The notes under the pieces were generated by a model. It saw only the letters and a list, made by a program, of their open reading frames with translations, was not told the origin of the DNA and ran no database searches. A stretch of 64,000 nt of DNA from Syntrophorhabdaceae bacterium. GTDB taxonomy: Bacteria > Desulfobacterota > Syntrophorhabdia > Syntrophorhabdales > Syntrophorhabdaceae. The translations under genes were made by a program, and so were the position numbers. Positions 31,050-41,273 of this stretch are shown here, piece after piece. Position 1 is the stretch's first letter. Each line of letters opens with the position of its first letter. The stretch spans positions 1,056,001 through 1,120,000 of the forward strand of contig OY762209.1 of NCBI GenBank assembly GCA_963665295.1, given 5' to 3'.

Positions 31050-33937
31050 ACCACTCTCCACCGGATCGTAAAGACCGGTGTGATCGTTGTTCTTTGCTGC
31101 ATGCGTTTCACAAGCTTCTCAACAAGCTGGTCTCTTTTCGCGGTAATCTCATCTTCCATGTCAAATATCTTTTCTCGCAATGTTCGTTTTCTGCGTTCAA
31201 GCTTGACAATCTCCTCCTGAATTCCATGTTGCTCCTCCATGGTCGATGCCTGACGGCTTCTTCGCTGGAGATCACGGACTTGGCGTTTGACATCATCGAG
31301 TTCTTTCTGTGCGGCCATTTCCATGTCTTCAGCCCATTTATCAAGTTGCTGACAAGCTTCGTTAAAGTGCCGGTTGTTTTCTTCGAGATTACGGGCAATG
31401 GTTGCCTCTGCATATTGTTGGCTGTCGGCGTTTAGACGATTATCGATAGCCACAGGAAGGGTGTCTGCTGGAACGGCTTGACCGCTACAACTAAAGAGTT
31501 TTTCGCAGGTCTCTTGGTCGACGTTATTGCCCACATCATCAACGGCCGTAAAAAGCAGGAATTCTTCGCTGTCGAAGGAGTCTATCCGTAAATGACGGAG
31601 GATAAGCCAGCCCGAGTTTCCTTTGAGCCCTTCCACCATGGAAATTTTTGTCGGATGGTTACTTATGTCGAATTTGATCTCCTTCAAGGGGCATTCATAT
31701 TCGGTGCCCCTCGCGATAACGTGCTCGCCAAGGGGATGGCCCAGACGGTACAGGTAGTCACCGGGTATATTTTCCCGGTTCTTGGATATGAGATGATAAC
31801 GTCCCGGCGAAGCCCCGGCAACAGGTGAAGAATTAAGTATAAATGAAAGGTCGGCATCATCGAACAAAGCGTACTCTGACAGTGTGTGTTTTGTGAGACT
31901 CCAGAAAAGACGGCCAATGCGGTCAAGCTTCTCCTGTGTGCCCGATATGTTTACCTTCAGCCGGGTATGCACATCTTCATCGAAGTTCTCCATGAGAAGC
32001 CTTCGCGTATCCCGCATACGTGTCTGTATCTGATCGTCAAGTTCCGCCTGCAATTTTTCAAAGGCGGAGCGAATCTCCTCTTCAGTGCGACACTGCTGAT
32101 AGATATCGAGGACACGGTGTTCAAAATCGACGCCGGACTCGATGGAACCGAGTACATCGTCGGAGACGCCGAAGACGCCGGTAAAGAGATTAAATTTCTG
32201 GTCCAGTAATTCGTAAACCCGGCGGTCAGCTTCATTACGTTCGTTGAGAAAATTGATGACCACCACGTCATGCTTCTGACCATACCTGTGACACCGTCCA
32301 ATGCGTTGCTCAATTCTCTGAGGGTTCCAGGGTAGGTCGAAGTTGATGACGGCGGAGCAGAACTGGAGGTTGAGTCCCTCTGCTCCGGCCTCTGTGGCGA
32401 TGAGAATTTGCGCGTCTGATCGAAATCGATCAATGATGGCGGCGCGCAGATCAATCTGCCTTGAATTACTGGCGCGGCCGGTGTTTCGATTGGCAGCAAA
32501 CCATTCCTGATATATCTGCCCCGAGGCATCATCTTTGTTGGTGCCATTGAAAGTGAGCACCCGACCGGCATATCCGTTACCCTCCAGAAAGTCTTTCAGC
32601 CACGACTGAGTGCGCCTGGATTCAGTAAAGATAACAACTTTCTGCGCCGCACCCATCTCCTCCATTCTCGCAAACCCGATCTCAAGGGCCGTCAGAAGGG
32701 CCTTTGTTTTCGTATCTATGCCGATACTTCCGGCCCATTGGATGTAATGTTCAAGTTCGCGGATCTCCTCAATAAGCTTATCCACGTCGATCTTCTGCTT
32801 CGCGCCTTCAGAGGTCACCCCGGCAGGGACATTGCCCACATCAACAATCTCATCTTCTTCATCCTCAAGAAGCTCATCGAGAAGGTCATCGTCCATCTCT
32901 TCGCCGGAAAGGAGGGTATCCTCGGCGTTCAGGTTGGCCTTTGTTTCTTCATGGAGTTTAAGGAGGCGGTCCCGCATGATCTCAAGTGTACCGGCGACTG
33001 CGTGAGGAGATGAAGCAAGAACCTTTCGGACAAGGAGAATAAGGAGGTGCTTCTGCCCCGAGGGTAGGGCATAGGTTTCATCCCGTTTCAAATAAGCCGA
33101 GACTGCCTCATAAAGATTGTGCTCCTGCTCCGTTGGCCTAAAAGGTCGGGTAATGAGCTTGCGTTCCGTGAAGGGTATAAATTCGACAACCTGGCTACGC
33201 AAAGTACGTCGGCAAAAGGTCGCGAGTCGATCCCGTAATCCCGGAAGATCACCGCCATAGTTGAGATATTGACTTCGGAAAGCTGCAAGGTCACCGAAAA
33301 GGCGTTCATCGATAAGGGTTGAAAGCCCGTAGAGTTCAAGAAGAGAGTTTTGGAGGGGTGTGGCGGTGAGAAGAAGTTTCTTCCTGTCTTCCGTGGTAAA
33401 TCGTATTTTTTGACCGATCTGGTTGCTTTGGCGATAGGAATTACGGAGCTTGTGGGCCTCATCAATCACGACAAGGTCCCACGGGATCACTTTGATCTCT
33501 TCAGCCTTGCTTGCGGCGTAATGCATTGAGCAGACAATGACCCCCTCGCTGTCAAAGGGGTCGCCATTTCCGTTCTTCTGTCGGTCCCGGAACGTTTTTG
33601 CATCAAGAACAAAGGACGGTAAGTTGAACTTATCCGAAAGCTCCAGCGCCCACTGTTTGCGAAGGGATGCCGGGCAGATCACAAGGAGACGGCGACGCCT
33701 TTCGGCCCAGTACTGACAGAGCACAAGACCTGCTTCAATAGTCTTTCCAAGTCCAACTTCGTCCGCAAGAAGAACGCCTTTGGAAATGGGTGATCGGAGA
33801 GCGAAAAGGGCAGCCTCGATCTGATGAGGATTCAGGTCCACACAGGCATCGAATAAAGCACGGCCAAGGCGGTCAAGACCGCTGCCGCCGATGCGGCTCA
33901 GTTCATAGGCGTAATACTTGGCGTGGTAATTCGTCAT
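31046..33937 (-). CDS. SNF2-family helicase (RapA/DrmD-like)
   Basis: LADEVGLGKT, IDEAH, LTATP, EGLNLQ, DLPWNP, QRIGRCHR; C-terminal coiled coil. Confidence 0.9.
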   Translation of the reverse strand: MTNYHAKYYAYELSRIGGSGLDRLGRALFDACVDLNPHQIEAALFALRSPISKGVLLADEVGLGKTIEAGLVLCQYWAERRRRLLVICPASLRKQWALELSDKFNLPSFVLDAKTFRDRQKNGNGDPFDSEGVIVCSMHYAASKAEEIKVIPWDLVVIDEAHKLRNSYRQSNQIGQKIRFTTEDRKKLLLTATPLQNSLLELYGLSTLIDERLFGDLAAFRSQYLNYGGDLPGLRDRLATFCRRTLRSQVVEFIPFTERKLITRPFRPTEQEHNLYEAVSAYLKRDETYALPSGQKHLLILLVRKVLASSPHAVAGTLEIMRDRLLKLHEETKANLNAEDTLLSGEEMDDDLLDELLEDEEDEIVDVGNVPAGVTSEGAKQKIDVDKLIEEIRELEHYIQWAGSIGIDTKTKALLTALEIGFARMEEMGAAQKVVIFTESRRTQSWLKDFLEGNGYAGRVLTFNGTNKDDASGQIYQEWFAANRNTGRASNSRQIDLRAAIIDRFRSDAQILIATEAGAEGLNLQFCSAVINFDLPWNPQRIEQRIGRCHRYGQKHDVVVINFLNERNEADRRVYELLDQKFNLFTGVFGVSDDVLGSIESGVDFEHRVLDIYQQCRTEEEIRSAFEKLQAELDDQIQTRMRDTRRLLMENFDEDVHTRLKVNISGTQEKLDRIGRLFWSLTKHTLSEYALFDDADLSFILNSSPVAGASPGRYHLISKNRENIPGDYLYRLGHPLGEHVIARGTEYECPLKEIKFDISNHPTKISMVEGLKGNSGWLILRHLRIDSFDSEEFLLFTAVDDVGNNVDQETCEKLFSCSGQAVPADTLPVAIDNRLNADSQQYAEATIARNLEENNRHFNEACQQLDKWAEDMEMAAQKELDDVKRQVRDLQRRSRQASTMEEQHGIQEEIVKLERRKRTLREKIFDMEDEITAKRDQLVEKLVKRMQQRTTITPVFTIRWRVV

Positions 33938-34047
33938 TTGTTTACACCAACCTCACCAGCTTCGATCATTGTGCTATGTAATTGTTGAACACTTTCGAGA
34001 TAATCGGAATCATATCTCCGCACATCTCTCATGAGATGCGCGTTCTC

Positions 34048-34076
34048 AGTGTATCAAGTGTCTCGACCATTGTCAA
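34048..34076 (-). promoter_or_regulatory. Sigma70-type promoter of the defence operon
   Basis: TTGACA-N17-TACACT on minus strand. Confidence 0.65.
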
Positions 34077-34082
34077 AGATCG

Positions 34083-34280
34083 ATGGGGCAGCAGATAACC
34101 GATCTGCTGCCCCAGCAGGTTCCCCTTGCTGAACATATCCTCTGCCTACCGGGAATAGGAGCCGTGACCTGTGGGGTGTTTTTGGGAGAGTTGGGGAACC
34201 CTGACTACTTCAAGGACCCCAAAGGGACGGTCAAGTACCAGGGTATGATCCTAAAGAGAACGAATGGTCCAGAAGCGTAG
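34083..34280 (+). pseudogene. IS110-family transposase fragment
   Basis: LCLPGIGAVTCGVFLGELGNPDYF...KYQG resembles the IS110/IS116 HhH region; only ~65 codons remain. Confidence 0.6.
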
Positions 34281-34332
34281 AATTAAGGGGGATGCACATC
34301 CGGGAATGGCGCCGCCATTCCTTTTTCTACTT

Positions 34333-34500
34333 TCAGCTTGAACCTGTTGCGGTAGGAAATAACCACGACGGAAGGGGCTTCGTCTCTTTCGGGGCCGTGT
34401 TCCTGCTTTCGCAACTGGGACACTTCGGCTCCTTCGACTCATCTTCGTATACGCGGAAGGCGCGACTGCAGTCCTTGCACTCATATATTTTACCCGGCAT
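34333..34500 (-). CDS. FmdB-like zinc-ribbon small protein (55 aa; possible Sec readthrough to 34327)
   Basis: MPGKIYECKDCSRAFRVYEDESKEPKCPSCESRNT...TGSS-UGA; two CxxC; purine-rich RBS; below ORF-track length cutoff. Confidence 0.75.
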   Translation of the reverse strand: MPGKIYECKDCSRAFRVYEDESKEPKCPSCESRNTAPKETKPLPSWLFPTATGSS

Positions 34501-34579
34501 CTTCCTTTACCTCCCCGACCATAACTCCTATTATACTTCCTATTATACTACATTTACCGCCCCCTGCCACCGGGTCGCG

Positions 34580-35248
34580 TCACGGCGCAAACCGGAGGAT
34601 GCCGAAGTCTTGCGGGGCATGGAAGTTCCGCTCCCTCAAAGGGGACCACGAAGCCCAGTGGGGATGACTTGTTTTGTCGCCGCACTTATAGAGGTTGCCC
34701 CGCCATTCCCGGTCCTCAATATTTTCCCCATGGACGTGGAACAGGGCGAAAGGAATGGCGAACTCCAGCGACCATGTGACTTCATCTGCAATCTCATGCT
34801 CGATGACGGGTGGAAGGCTGCCATAGACCGCCACCTGCCGGCCTTCCACCGGGGAAAGGGGCGTTGCCCCCGCCACCCGTCCGTTGACCCTGGTCGGGTC
34901 CGTCACGCAGGAAGCGAGCAGGGTCCCGCCGCAGTTGAACTCGAAATTGAAGTAGCCTGTGCCGGGGCCCGGCTGCACAAAGACCTCGACACAGCTATCC
35001 TCGTAGACCGGCGCCTGAAAAGCGGAATGCACACTCCGCACATACCGGTCCCGAACCTGGAACAGGCCGTAGAGGCGATTGTCGTCGTACAGCAGCTTGC
35101 AGCGGACAAGGGGCCGGTGTGACGAGCTTTCGGGTCTGAAGCGATCGATGGAAAGAAACGGGATGCCGCTCCAGGCCGGTCCGTCCCAGAGCCCCCGTAG
35201 CTCCGGAGGTTGGGCAGTCCTTGGAATGGTGTGACAATAGTCGCTCAT
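34580..35248 (-). CDS. Carbohydrate-binding family 9-like protein
   Basis: VYEDSCVEVF, YFNFEFNCGG, WRGNLYKCGD, NFHAPQDFG. Confidence 0.7.
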   Translation of the reverse strand: MSDYCHTIPRTAQPPELRGLWDGPAWSGIPFLSIDRFRPESSSHRPLVRCKLLYDDNRLYGLFQVRDRYVRSVHSAFQAPVYEDSCVEVFVQPGPGTGYFNFEFNCGGTLLASCVTDPTRVNGRVAGATPLSPVEGRQVAVYGSLPPVIEHEIADEVTWSLEFAIPFALFHVHGENIEDREWRGNLYKCGDKTSHPHWASWSPLRERNFHAPQDFGILRFAP

Positions 35249-35444
35249 GGCACGGGAAGATTATGACCCGGGGAGAGGGAAAATGCAACAATCCCTTCAA
35301 GGAGCCCCGTTCCGGGCAAGGAGCCGCGAAGATTTGAGCGCATAATCCTCCTTAGCGCATAATCCTCCTTTATGATTTTCTCCTCCCGTGATAGACTTTC
35401 CCCGGCGGCTTGAACGACCCGCTGAGCGGGTTCCTGGAGGATTT

Positions 35445-36047
35445 ATGCGTGAACTTAAAGACCTTGGCGGTTTGTTGCTCGGCTTCATGCCCTGGCTTCT
35501 TTTTCTCTTTCTTTCCGGCCACACGCTGACAAGCCTGGAACGGGCGATAGTTGTCGGTCTCGTTGCGTCCCTTGTGTTCGGCTTCGGTGATTTGAAGCGC
35601 GGATTCGTCCTTCAGTGGGGCAGCCTGATCTTCTTTGTTCTATGCGTAGTGTCTGTCAACCTCCTTAACAGCGTATGGGTCGCCACTCAGATGGACCTTT
35701 TGTCTAACGCCGCCCTCGCATGCATCATGTGGGTGACCATAGCGGTGGGAAAGCCCTTTGCCTTGCAGTACGCCCAAAAGGATTTGCCGGCCGAACTCAG
35801 GAACGACCCGAACGTGGCCCGGGGCTCCCGAGCCATCACCCTCGTGTGGGCGTGGCTCATGACGCTTTCGGTCCTCATCTCGGTCATACACAGGACCTCG
35901 GTGGTCCATTTTCCGGACTGGGTATATTTCGACGCGAGCCTATGCATCATCGCGGCGGGGTTGACCTATACCACGTTATTCAAGAGAAAGAAGAGGCTCC
36001 AAAGGGAAAGGGCACAAAGAGAAATGCAATCCGATCAGGTGAGGTGA
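35445..36047 (+). CDS. Hypothetical integral membrane protein
   Basis: About six hydrophobic segments, GKPFALQYA; GGAGG RBS. Confidence 0.75.
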   Translation: MRELKDLGGLLLGFMPWLLFLFLSGHTLTSLERAIVVGLVASLVFGFGDLKRGFVLQWGSLIFFVLCVVSVNLLNSVWVATQMDLLSNAALACIMWVTIAVGKPFALQYAQKDLPAELRNDPNVARGSRAITLVWAWLMTLSVLISVIHRTSVVHFPDWVYFDASLCIIAAGLTYTTLFKRKKRLQRERAQREMQSDQVR

Positions 36048-36050
36048 ATC

Positions 36051-37118
36051 ATGAATGTACTGGCCCTCAATTCGAGTCCCCGCAGCGCCGGCGAGAGCAA
36101 GACGGAGATGATGCTGGACAGTCTCATCTCAGGCATGCGCGATGCAGGGGCGAGTGTCGAGATGGTGACCCTGCGCAAGAAAGCCGTCAGGAACTGCCTC
36201 GGCTGCCTCACGTGTTGGACGAAGACCCCGGGAATATGCGTTATCAAAGACGACATGACCCACGAACTGTTCGCAAAGTGGCGGGAAGCAGACCTTGCGG
36301 TATATGCCACGCCCCTTTACCACTACGGCATGAACGCGACTCTGAAGGCCTTTATCGAGCGGACCCTTCCTTCGTCGCAGCCTTTCTTCGAGATCCGGGG
36401 CCCCCGCACCGCACACGTTCCACGCTATAAGATCCCGGCAACGGTGATTCTCTCGGTATGCGGCATGCCGGACGAAAACCACTTCAGCGCCCTCTCGGCC
36501 CACATGAGGTACCTCGAAGCCTCTGCCGGCCACCGGCTTGCCGCAGAGATCTACAGGCCCGCCGCCGAGATGATGAAGGGCTCCTTTCTCAAAGAAAAGG
36601 TAAAGGACATTCTGGACGCCACCGCGGAAGCAGGGAGGGAACTGGTGAGGACCATGGCGGTCTCGCCCGGAACCATGGCGAGGATTACCCAGCCTCTCAT
36701 CGATCAGCGGTCCTTCGCGCAGATTTGCAACGTTATGTGGAGGACCTGCATCTCGGAAGGAATGACCGTAAGAGAATTCGAGGAGAAGAAGATGGTGCCG
36801 CGCCCGGACTCCCTGGAGGACTTCATGCTCCTCTTCCCCCTTGGCCTTAATGCCGGGGCTGTCGGCGAAAAGAAGGTCATAATACTGTTCGCCTTCTCCG
36901 GTGAAGTGCAGGGTTCCTGCTATTTCACTATCGAAAAGGGCGCCGTGGCCGCCCATAGCGGAACCCCGGAGACTTCCGACCTCTTCATCGAGACGCCCTT
37001 CGGAGTCTGGATGGATATCATGACAGGCAAAACCGACGCCCGCCTCATGTGCGGGGAGCAGAAATACCGGGTATCCGGGGATTCGTCTCTCATGACGCAG
37101 TTGTTTCAGACAACATGA
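36051..37118 (+). CDS. Flavodoxin-like (iron-sulfur flavoprotein) domain with C-terminal SCP2-like domain
   Basis: LNSSPR, CLGCLTCW...C...DDM, ATPLY; C-terminal YFTIEKG...WMDIMTGK...KYRVSGD. Confidence 0.75.
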   Translation: MNVLALNSSPRSAGESKTEMMLDSLISGMRDAGASVEMVTLRKKAVRNCLGCLTCWTKTPGICVIKDDMTHELFAKWREADLAVYATPLYHYGMNATLKAFIERTLPSSQPFFEIRGPRTAHVPRYKIPATVILSVCGMPDENHFSALSAHMRYLEASAGHRLAAEIYRPAAEMMKGSFLKEKVKDILDATAEAGRELVRTMAVSPGTMARITQPLIDQRSFAQICNVMWRTCISEGMTVREFEEKKMVPRPDSLEDFMLLFPLGLNAGAVGEKKVIILFAFSGEVQGSCYFTIEKGAVAAHSGTPETSDLFIETPFGVWMDIMTGKTDARLMCGEQKYRVSGDSSLMTQLFQTT

Positions 37119-37378
37119 GCCGGAGCGGAAAATGGCCCCGCCGACACGGTAGTGGGAGTGGGAACCCGGGTGCGGATGAAGGCCGTGGTCTTTCCTGTGT
37201 GAAGGGCCGGGATTTTGAGGGTGCGGGGGTTTTGTGCTACAATGACATTGTCGGCGGACCCGTCCCTCATGGAGTTCCGGGTTTTGTCCGGTAATGGGAT
37301 TGAAAAGGCAGCGTAAGGCTAATTAACGGTCAACCGACATATCAGATTCAAATCCGGGATCTCAAGGTCTATCCTCCT

Positions 37379-38317
37379 TTGCTTCAGGCTCCCATGGCGG
37401 GGCTTACCCACGGGGCCCTGCGACAGATATTCTCCGGGTTCGGCGGGGTCGGATTGCTCTCGACGGAGATGCTCAGGGCGAAAAGCCTGCCCTCCGAGAA
37501 CCCGCTGCTTTCCCCTTATCTGATCAGAACTGTCGGGGAGAAGCCGCTTTCTTACCAGCTTCTCGTTTCCGCGGACAGGGAGATCGGTCCGGCCATGGAG
37601 GCCCTTCATAAATGCGGGGCCGATGCCGTCGATCTCAACATGGGCTGCCCGGACAGGCGTATCGGGAGATCGGGCGGGGGCTTCATGCTCATGGAGGAGC
37701 CGGAGAATGCCCGCCGGATCGTGGCTGAGGCGAGGAAGCGCACGGACCTGCCCCTTACCGCAAAAATAAGGCTTGGCGTGGAACTCGATGAAGAGGCCTT
37801 GAGGGAATTTTGCGCCATGCTCGAAAGCGAGGGCATCGACATGCTGACGGTTCATGCCCGGCTCAAGAGGGAATCCTTCGCGAGAACACCGCGATGGGAG
37901 TGGATTGCGCGGGTAAAGGAGTGGCTCACGATTCCCGTGATCGCCAATGGCGGGATATTTACCGTGAAGGACGCAAAGGATTGTCTCGCCGTCTCGGGCG
38001 CCGACGGGCTCATGCTCGGCCGGGGAGCGGCGATCAGGCCCTGGCTTTTTGCGGAAATTGCCCGGGAGGTTTATCACTGCGACATTGACGGACCTGCGGT
38101 GTTGCCGCCCGTAATTTACGGTGCCTTCATAGATCACCTCAACGAGCTTTTCCGGCCCGAACGGCGCTTGGGCAGGCTCAAGGAATTCACCCATTACTTC
38201 GCGAGAAACTACAAGTTCGGACTCCTCCTGAGTTCCCGGGTCCAATCCAGCAGCAGCGTGGAAGAGGCGAGGGAGAGGGCGGAAATCTTCTTCGAAAGCA
38301 ACAGCTTTACATCATGA
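37379..38317 (+). CDS. tRNA-dihydrouridine synthase family protein
   Basis: APMAG, DLNMGCP, AKIRLG, VHAR, IANGGI, MLGRG; start uncertain. Confidence 0.88.
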   Translation: MLQAPMAGLTHGALRQIFSGFGGVGLLSTEMLRAKSLPSENPLLSPYLIRTVGEKPLSYQLLVSADREIGPAMEALHKCGADAVDLNMGCPDRRIGRSGGGFMLMEEPENARRIVAEARKRTDLPLTAKIRLGVELDEEALREFCAMLESEGIDMLTVHARLKRESFARTPRWEWIARVKEWLTIPVIANGGIFTVKDAKDCLAVSGADGLMLGRGAAIRPWLFAEIAREVYHCDIDGPAVLPPVIYGAFIDHLNELFRPERRLGRLKEFTHYFARNYKFGLLLSSRVQSSSSVEEARERAEIFFESNSFTS

Positions 38318-38435
38318 ACTACACGGCATCCGCACAATAGAGACGGCGGAACCGTCCATAGCCGAATAACCATTTTGCCCCATGTATCTCGATGTGTGGC
38401 GGATTCGGGGGCATATCTGTGGTATACTGCGATTC

Positions 38436-40232
38436 ATGGTCGTCAAGATTCCCGAACCCTTCGCCCCCAGGCGTATAAAGCGCATCTGGAGAGGCACCCT
38501 GCTCGGTATTGTAGTGGGGATCGTGTCGGGATTTGGCGGCATCGTGTTCAATTACATGATCGAAACGGGCACCCGGCTAACCGGGAATCTGATCCTCTTC
38601 CTCGCGCCCGGCCGCGTACCCGGTTTCGTGTTCCTCGGGTTTCCCCTGGAGCGCTGGATGATGTTGTGGATCCCTGCCGCCGGGGGGCTCCTTTCCGGGT
38701 TCCTTGTCTTCACGTTTGCCCCTGAGGCGGAGGGACACGGCACGGACGCCATGATCGACAGCTTCCACAGGAAGAAGGGCATTGTGCGGAAAGTCGTGCC
38801 CGTGATCAAGACCATCGCGTCGGCAATCACCATCGGCTCGGGCGGGTCGGCGGGAAAAGAAGGCCCCATAGCCCAGATAGGCTCCGGGTTCGCCTCCATA
38901 CTCGCGTCCGCTCTCAAGTTGAGCGACGCCGAGCGGCGCATCCTGCTCCTTGCGGGGGCGGCGGGGGGAATAGGGGCCATATTCAAGGCGCCCCTGGGCG
39001 CTGCCCTCTTTGCCGCCGAGGTCCTTTACAGCAAGGCGGACTTCGAATTCGAGGCGATCATTCCCTGCATCCTTTCCTCCATCGTGGGTTTCATGGTCTT
39101 TACACTCCATGACGGGACGGAGACCATCTTCCGCATCCCCGCCTTCACCCCTGCAACCCCGGCCCAACTGCCCTTTTATGCGATCCTCGGCCTTCTTGCG
39201 GCCATTATGGGCTACCTCTACATAAAGGTCTTCTATGGTATGAGAGACCGGGTTTTCAGGCCCCTCAACATCCCGAAGATGGTGAAACCTGCCCTCGGAG
39301 GCCTGATGCTCGGCATCCTCGCTTTCTTTCTGCCCGAAGTGCTGGGCGGCGGCTATAAATGGATCCAGTCGGCTATCGACGGGCAGCTTGCCGTGGGCCT
39401 CATGGCAGCCCTCGTTCTGGGAAAGATCGTCTCCACTTCCTTCACCATCAGCTCGGGCGGCAGCGGCGGCGTATTCGCCCCATCCCTTTTTATCGGGTCC
39501 ATGCTGGGCGGTTCCTATGGAACGTTATGCGGGAGAGTATTCCCCCACATTGTGACGGAACCGGCCGCCTTTGTCCTCGTGGGGATGGGGGGATTTTTTG
39601 CCGGGGTGGCGAAGACGCCTATTGCGGCCCTCATCATGGTGGCTGAAATGACGGGAGGGTACAGCCTGATCCTTCCCATGATGGTTGTCTCCGCCCTTTC
39701 GTACCTTCTCCTCGGCAGGACCTCCCTTTATGAAAAGCAGGTGCCCACACGGGTCGATTCTCCTGCCCATATCGGGGACTATTCCGTGGACATTATGGAC
39801 CGCCTCTTCGTCAAGGATGCCCTCGTGAAGGGAAGAAAGGTCGAAACCATACCGGAAGGCATGAGCTTCGAGAATATGCTGCAATTCATGGTCGACTCGA
39901 TTCAGCAGGACTTTCCCGTGGTGGACGGCTCGGGAAGGCTGACGGGCATCCTCTCCATGACGGACCTCCGCGAGGCGATGGCGGACCCCGCCCTCCACAG
40001 GCTCCTGGTGGCCAAGGACATTGCCGTGGGCGGCGTCGAGGCGGTTACTCCGGAGGATTCACTCAACACCGCGCTGAAGCTTATGGCGGATGCGGATGTC
40101 CGGGAGTTGCCGGTAGTGAGCCCGGATGACCGGGGGAGGATCGTCTCCGTCATCAGCAGGAAGGATATCACCCGGACATACCACGAAGAGATGGAACGGG
40201 TAAAAGGGACCGGGCCCGCATTACGCTCTTAA
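38436..40232 (+). CDS. ClC-family chloride channel/antiporter with two CBS domains
   Basis: GGSAGKEGP, GGVFAP, AEMTG; C-terminal CBS pair. Confidence 0.9.
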   Translation: MVVKIPEPFAPRRIKRIWRGTLLGIVVGIVSGFGGIVFNYMIETGTRLTGNLILFLAPGRVPGFVFLGFPLERWMMLWIPAAGGLLSGFLVFTFAPEAEGHGTDAMIDSFHRKKGIVRKVVPVIKTIASAITIGSGGSAGKEGPIAQIGSGFASILASALKLSDAERRILLLAGAAGGIGAIFKAPLGAALFAAEVLYSKADFEFEAIIPCILSSIVGFMVFTLHDGTETIFRIPAFTPATPAQLPFYAILGLLAAIMGYLYIKVFYGMRDRVFRPLNIPKMVKPALGGLMLGILAFFLPEVLGGGYKWIQSAIDGQLAVGLMAALVLGKIVSTSFTISSGGSGGVFAPSLFIGSMLGGSYGTLCGRVFPHIVTEPAAFVLVGMGGFFAGVAKTPIAALIMVAEMTGGYSLILPMMVVSALSYLLLGRTSLYEKQVPTRVDSPAHIGDYSVDIMDRLFVKDALVKGRKVETIPEGMSFENMLQFMVDSIQQDFPVVDGSGRLTGILSMTDLREAMADPALHRLLVAKDIAVGGVEAVTPEDSLNTALKLMADADVRELPVVSPDDRGRIVSVISRKDITRTYHEEMERVKGTGPALRS

Positions 40233-40324
40233 CCACCGCGAAAGGCCGGCCCCGGGACAGAAAAGGCCGGTTGTTATTGGTTGGCAGGGCGTACCGGCCT
40301 TAACCGGTAGCCTCCTCGCGGCTC

Positions 40325-40966
40325 CTATCCGGCGAAGCGGGCGCCCATGGCAAAGGCTTTTTCGCAATCCAGGGGGAAGACTTCGGCCCGCCTTTTTGCC
40401 TTCTTCGCGGGGTCGAAGCGCGGGGCGTATACCTTCGAGTAGTCCTCGAACTGATAGGTGTCGTAGCTCATGAGCGATTCCGACTGGCCGAACACGGTCT
40501 TCAGCACCATCTCGTTGAGTTCGAAGTGGTGATGGAAACCCCGCTCCTTTGCCATTTCCTCCGTGGCGCCCAGGGTGTAAATGAAGCCCGTGGGGATCTT
40601 CTTCGGGAAGATGGAGGCGGGCGGGTCGGTATAGGTATTGAAAGGGAAGAACAGGCGCTCCATGAAGGACCTCATTTCCCCCGTGACGGTCCCGTAATAG
40701 ACGGGAGAGCCCAGGATCATGGCGTCTGCCTGTGCGATCTTTTCCAGAAGCGGGGTAAGCCCGTCTTTGATCGCACACCTGCCATAGCTCGGACCGTCTA
40801 TGGTCTTGCACGCAAAGCAGCTTATGCATCCCTTGAAATTGAGATCGTAGAGGTGCGCGATCTCCGTCTCCGCTCCCCGTGACCCGGCCCCTTCCAGGGC
40901 TTTCCCGAGGAGTGTCGCCGTGTTCCATTTTTTTCTCGGACTTCCGTTGATGGCAATTACCTTCAT
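40325..40966 (-). CDS. Flavodoxin-family / iron-sulfur flavoprotein
   Basis: INGSPR, GCISCFACK...C, GSPVY. Confidence 0.85.
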   Translation of the reverse strand: MKVIAINGSPRKKWNTATLLGKALEGAGSRGAETEIAHLYDLNFKGCISCFACKTIDGPSYGRCAIKDGLTPLLEKIAQADAMILGSPVYYGTVTGEMRSFMERLFFPFNTYTDPPASIFPKKIPTGFIYTLGATEEMAKERGFHHHFELNEMVLKTVFGQSESLMSYDTYQFEDYSKVYAPRFDPAKKAKRRAEVFPLDCEKAFAMGARFAG

Positions 40967-41273
40967 GTTGTGTCCTCCCTCGTCTTTTCTTTAGTGCAGC
41001 ACGGATTGAGGCAAGGGGCAACTGCAGGGGGGTGAACCGCTCTTGTCCTCGCATCGCGCCGGGGAACCGTGCCTTGCCCGTTAAGGTGCCGCGTCAGGAA
41101 TTCAACAGAAACCCCCACTGCATGTCGGGGTCTTTGGACGCACCCCCTGGTGGTTTTTGCGCTTTTCGGCAAAAGATTACCATGTCGTTGAAATAACATA
41201 ATCATTCCCTGCCGCCGGTGAGATGCGGAAAGACCCGGTGACCGCTCAAGGGGCCGCCGGGTCTTTCCGCCGG

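Noticed and set aside
35337..35370. 17-bp tandem duplication AGCGCATAATCCTCCTT x2
   Set aside because: Real but isolated in a divergent spacer; cannot tell an operator from a slippage duplication
38318..38435. Fluoride riboswitch upstream of the ClC gene
   Set aside because: Consensus core not found and the protein has GKEGP rather than CLC-F signatures
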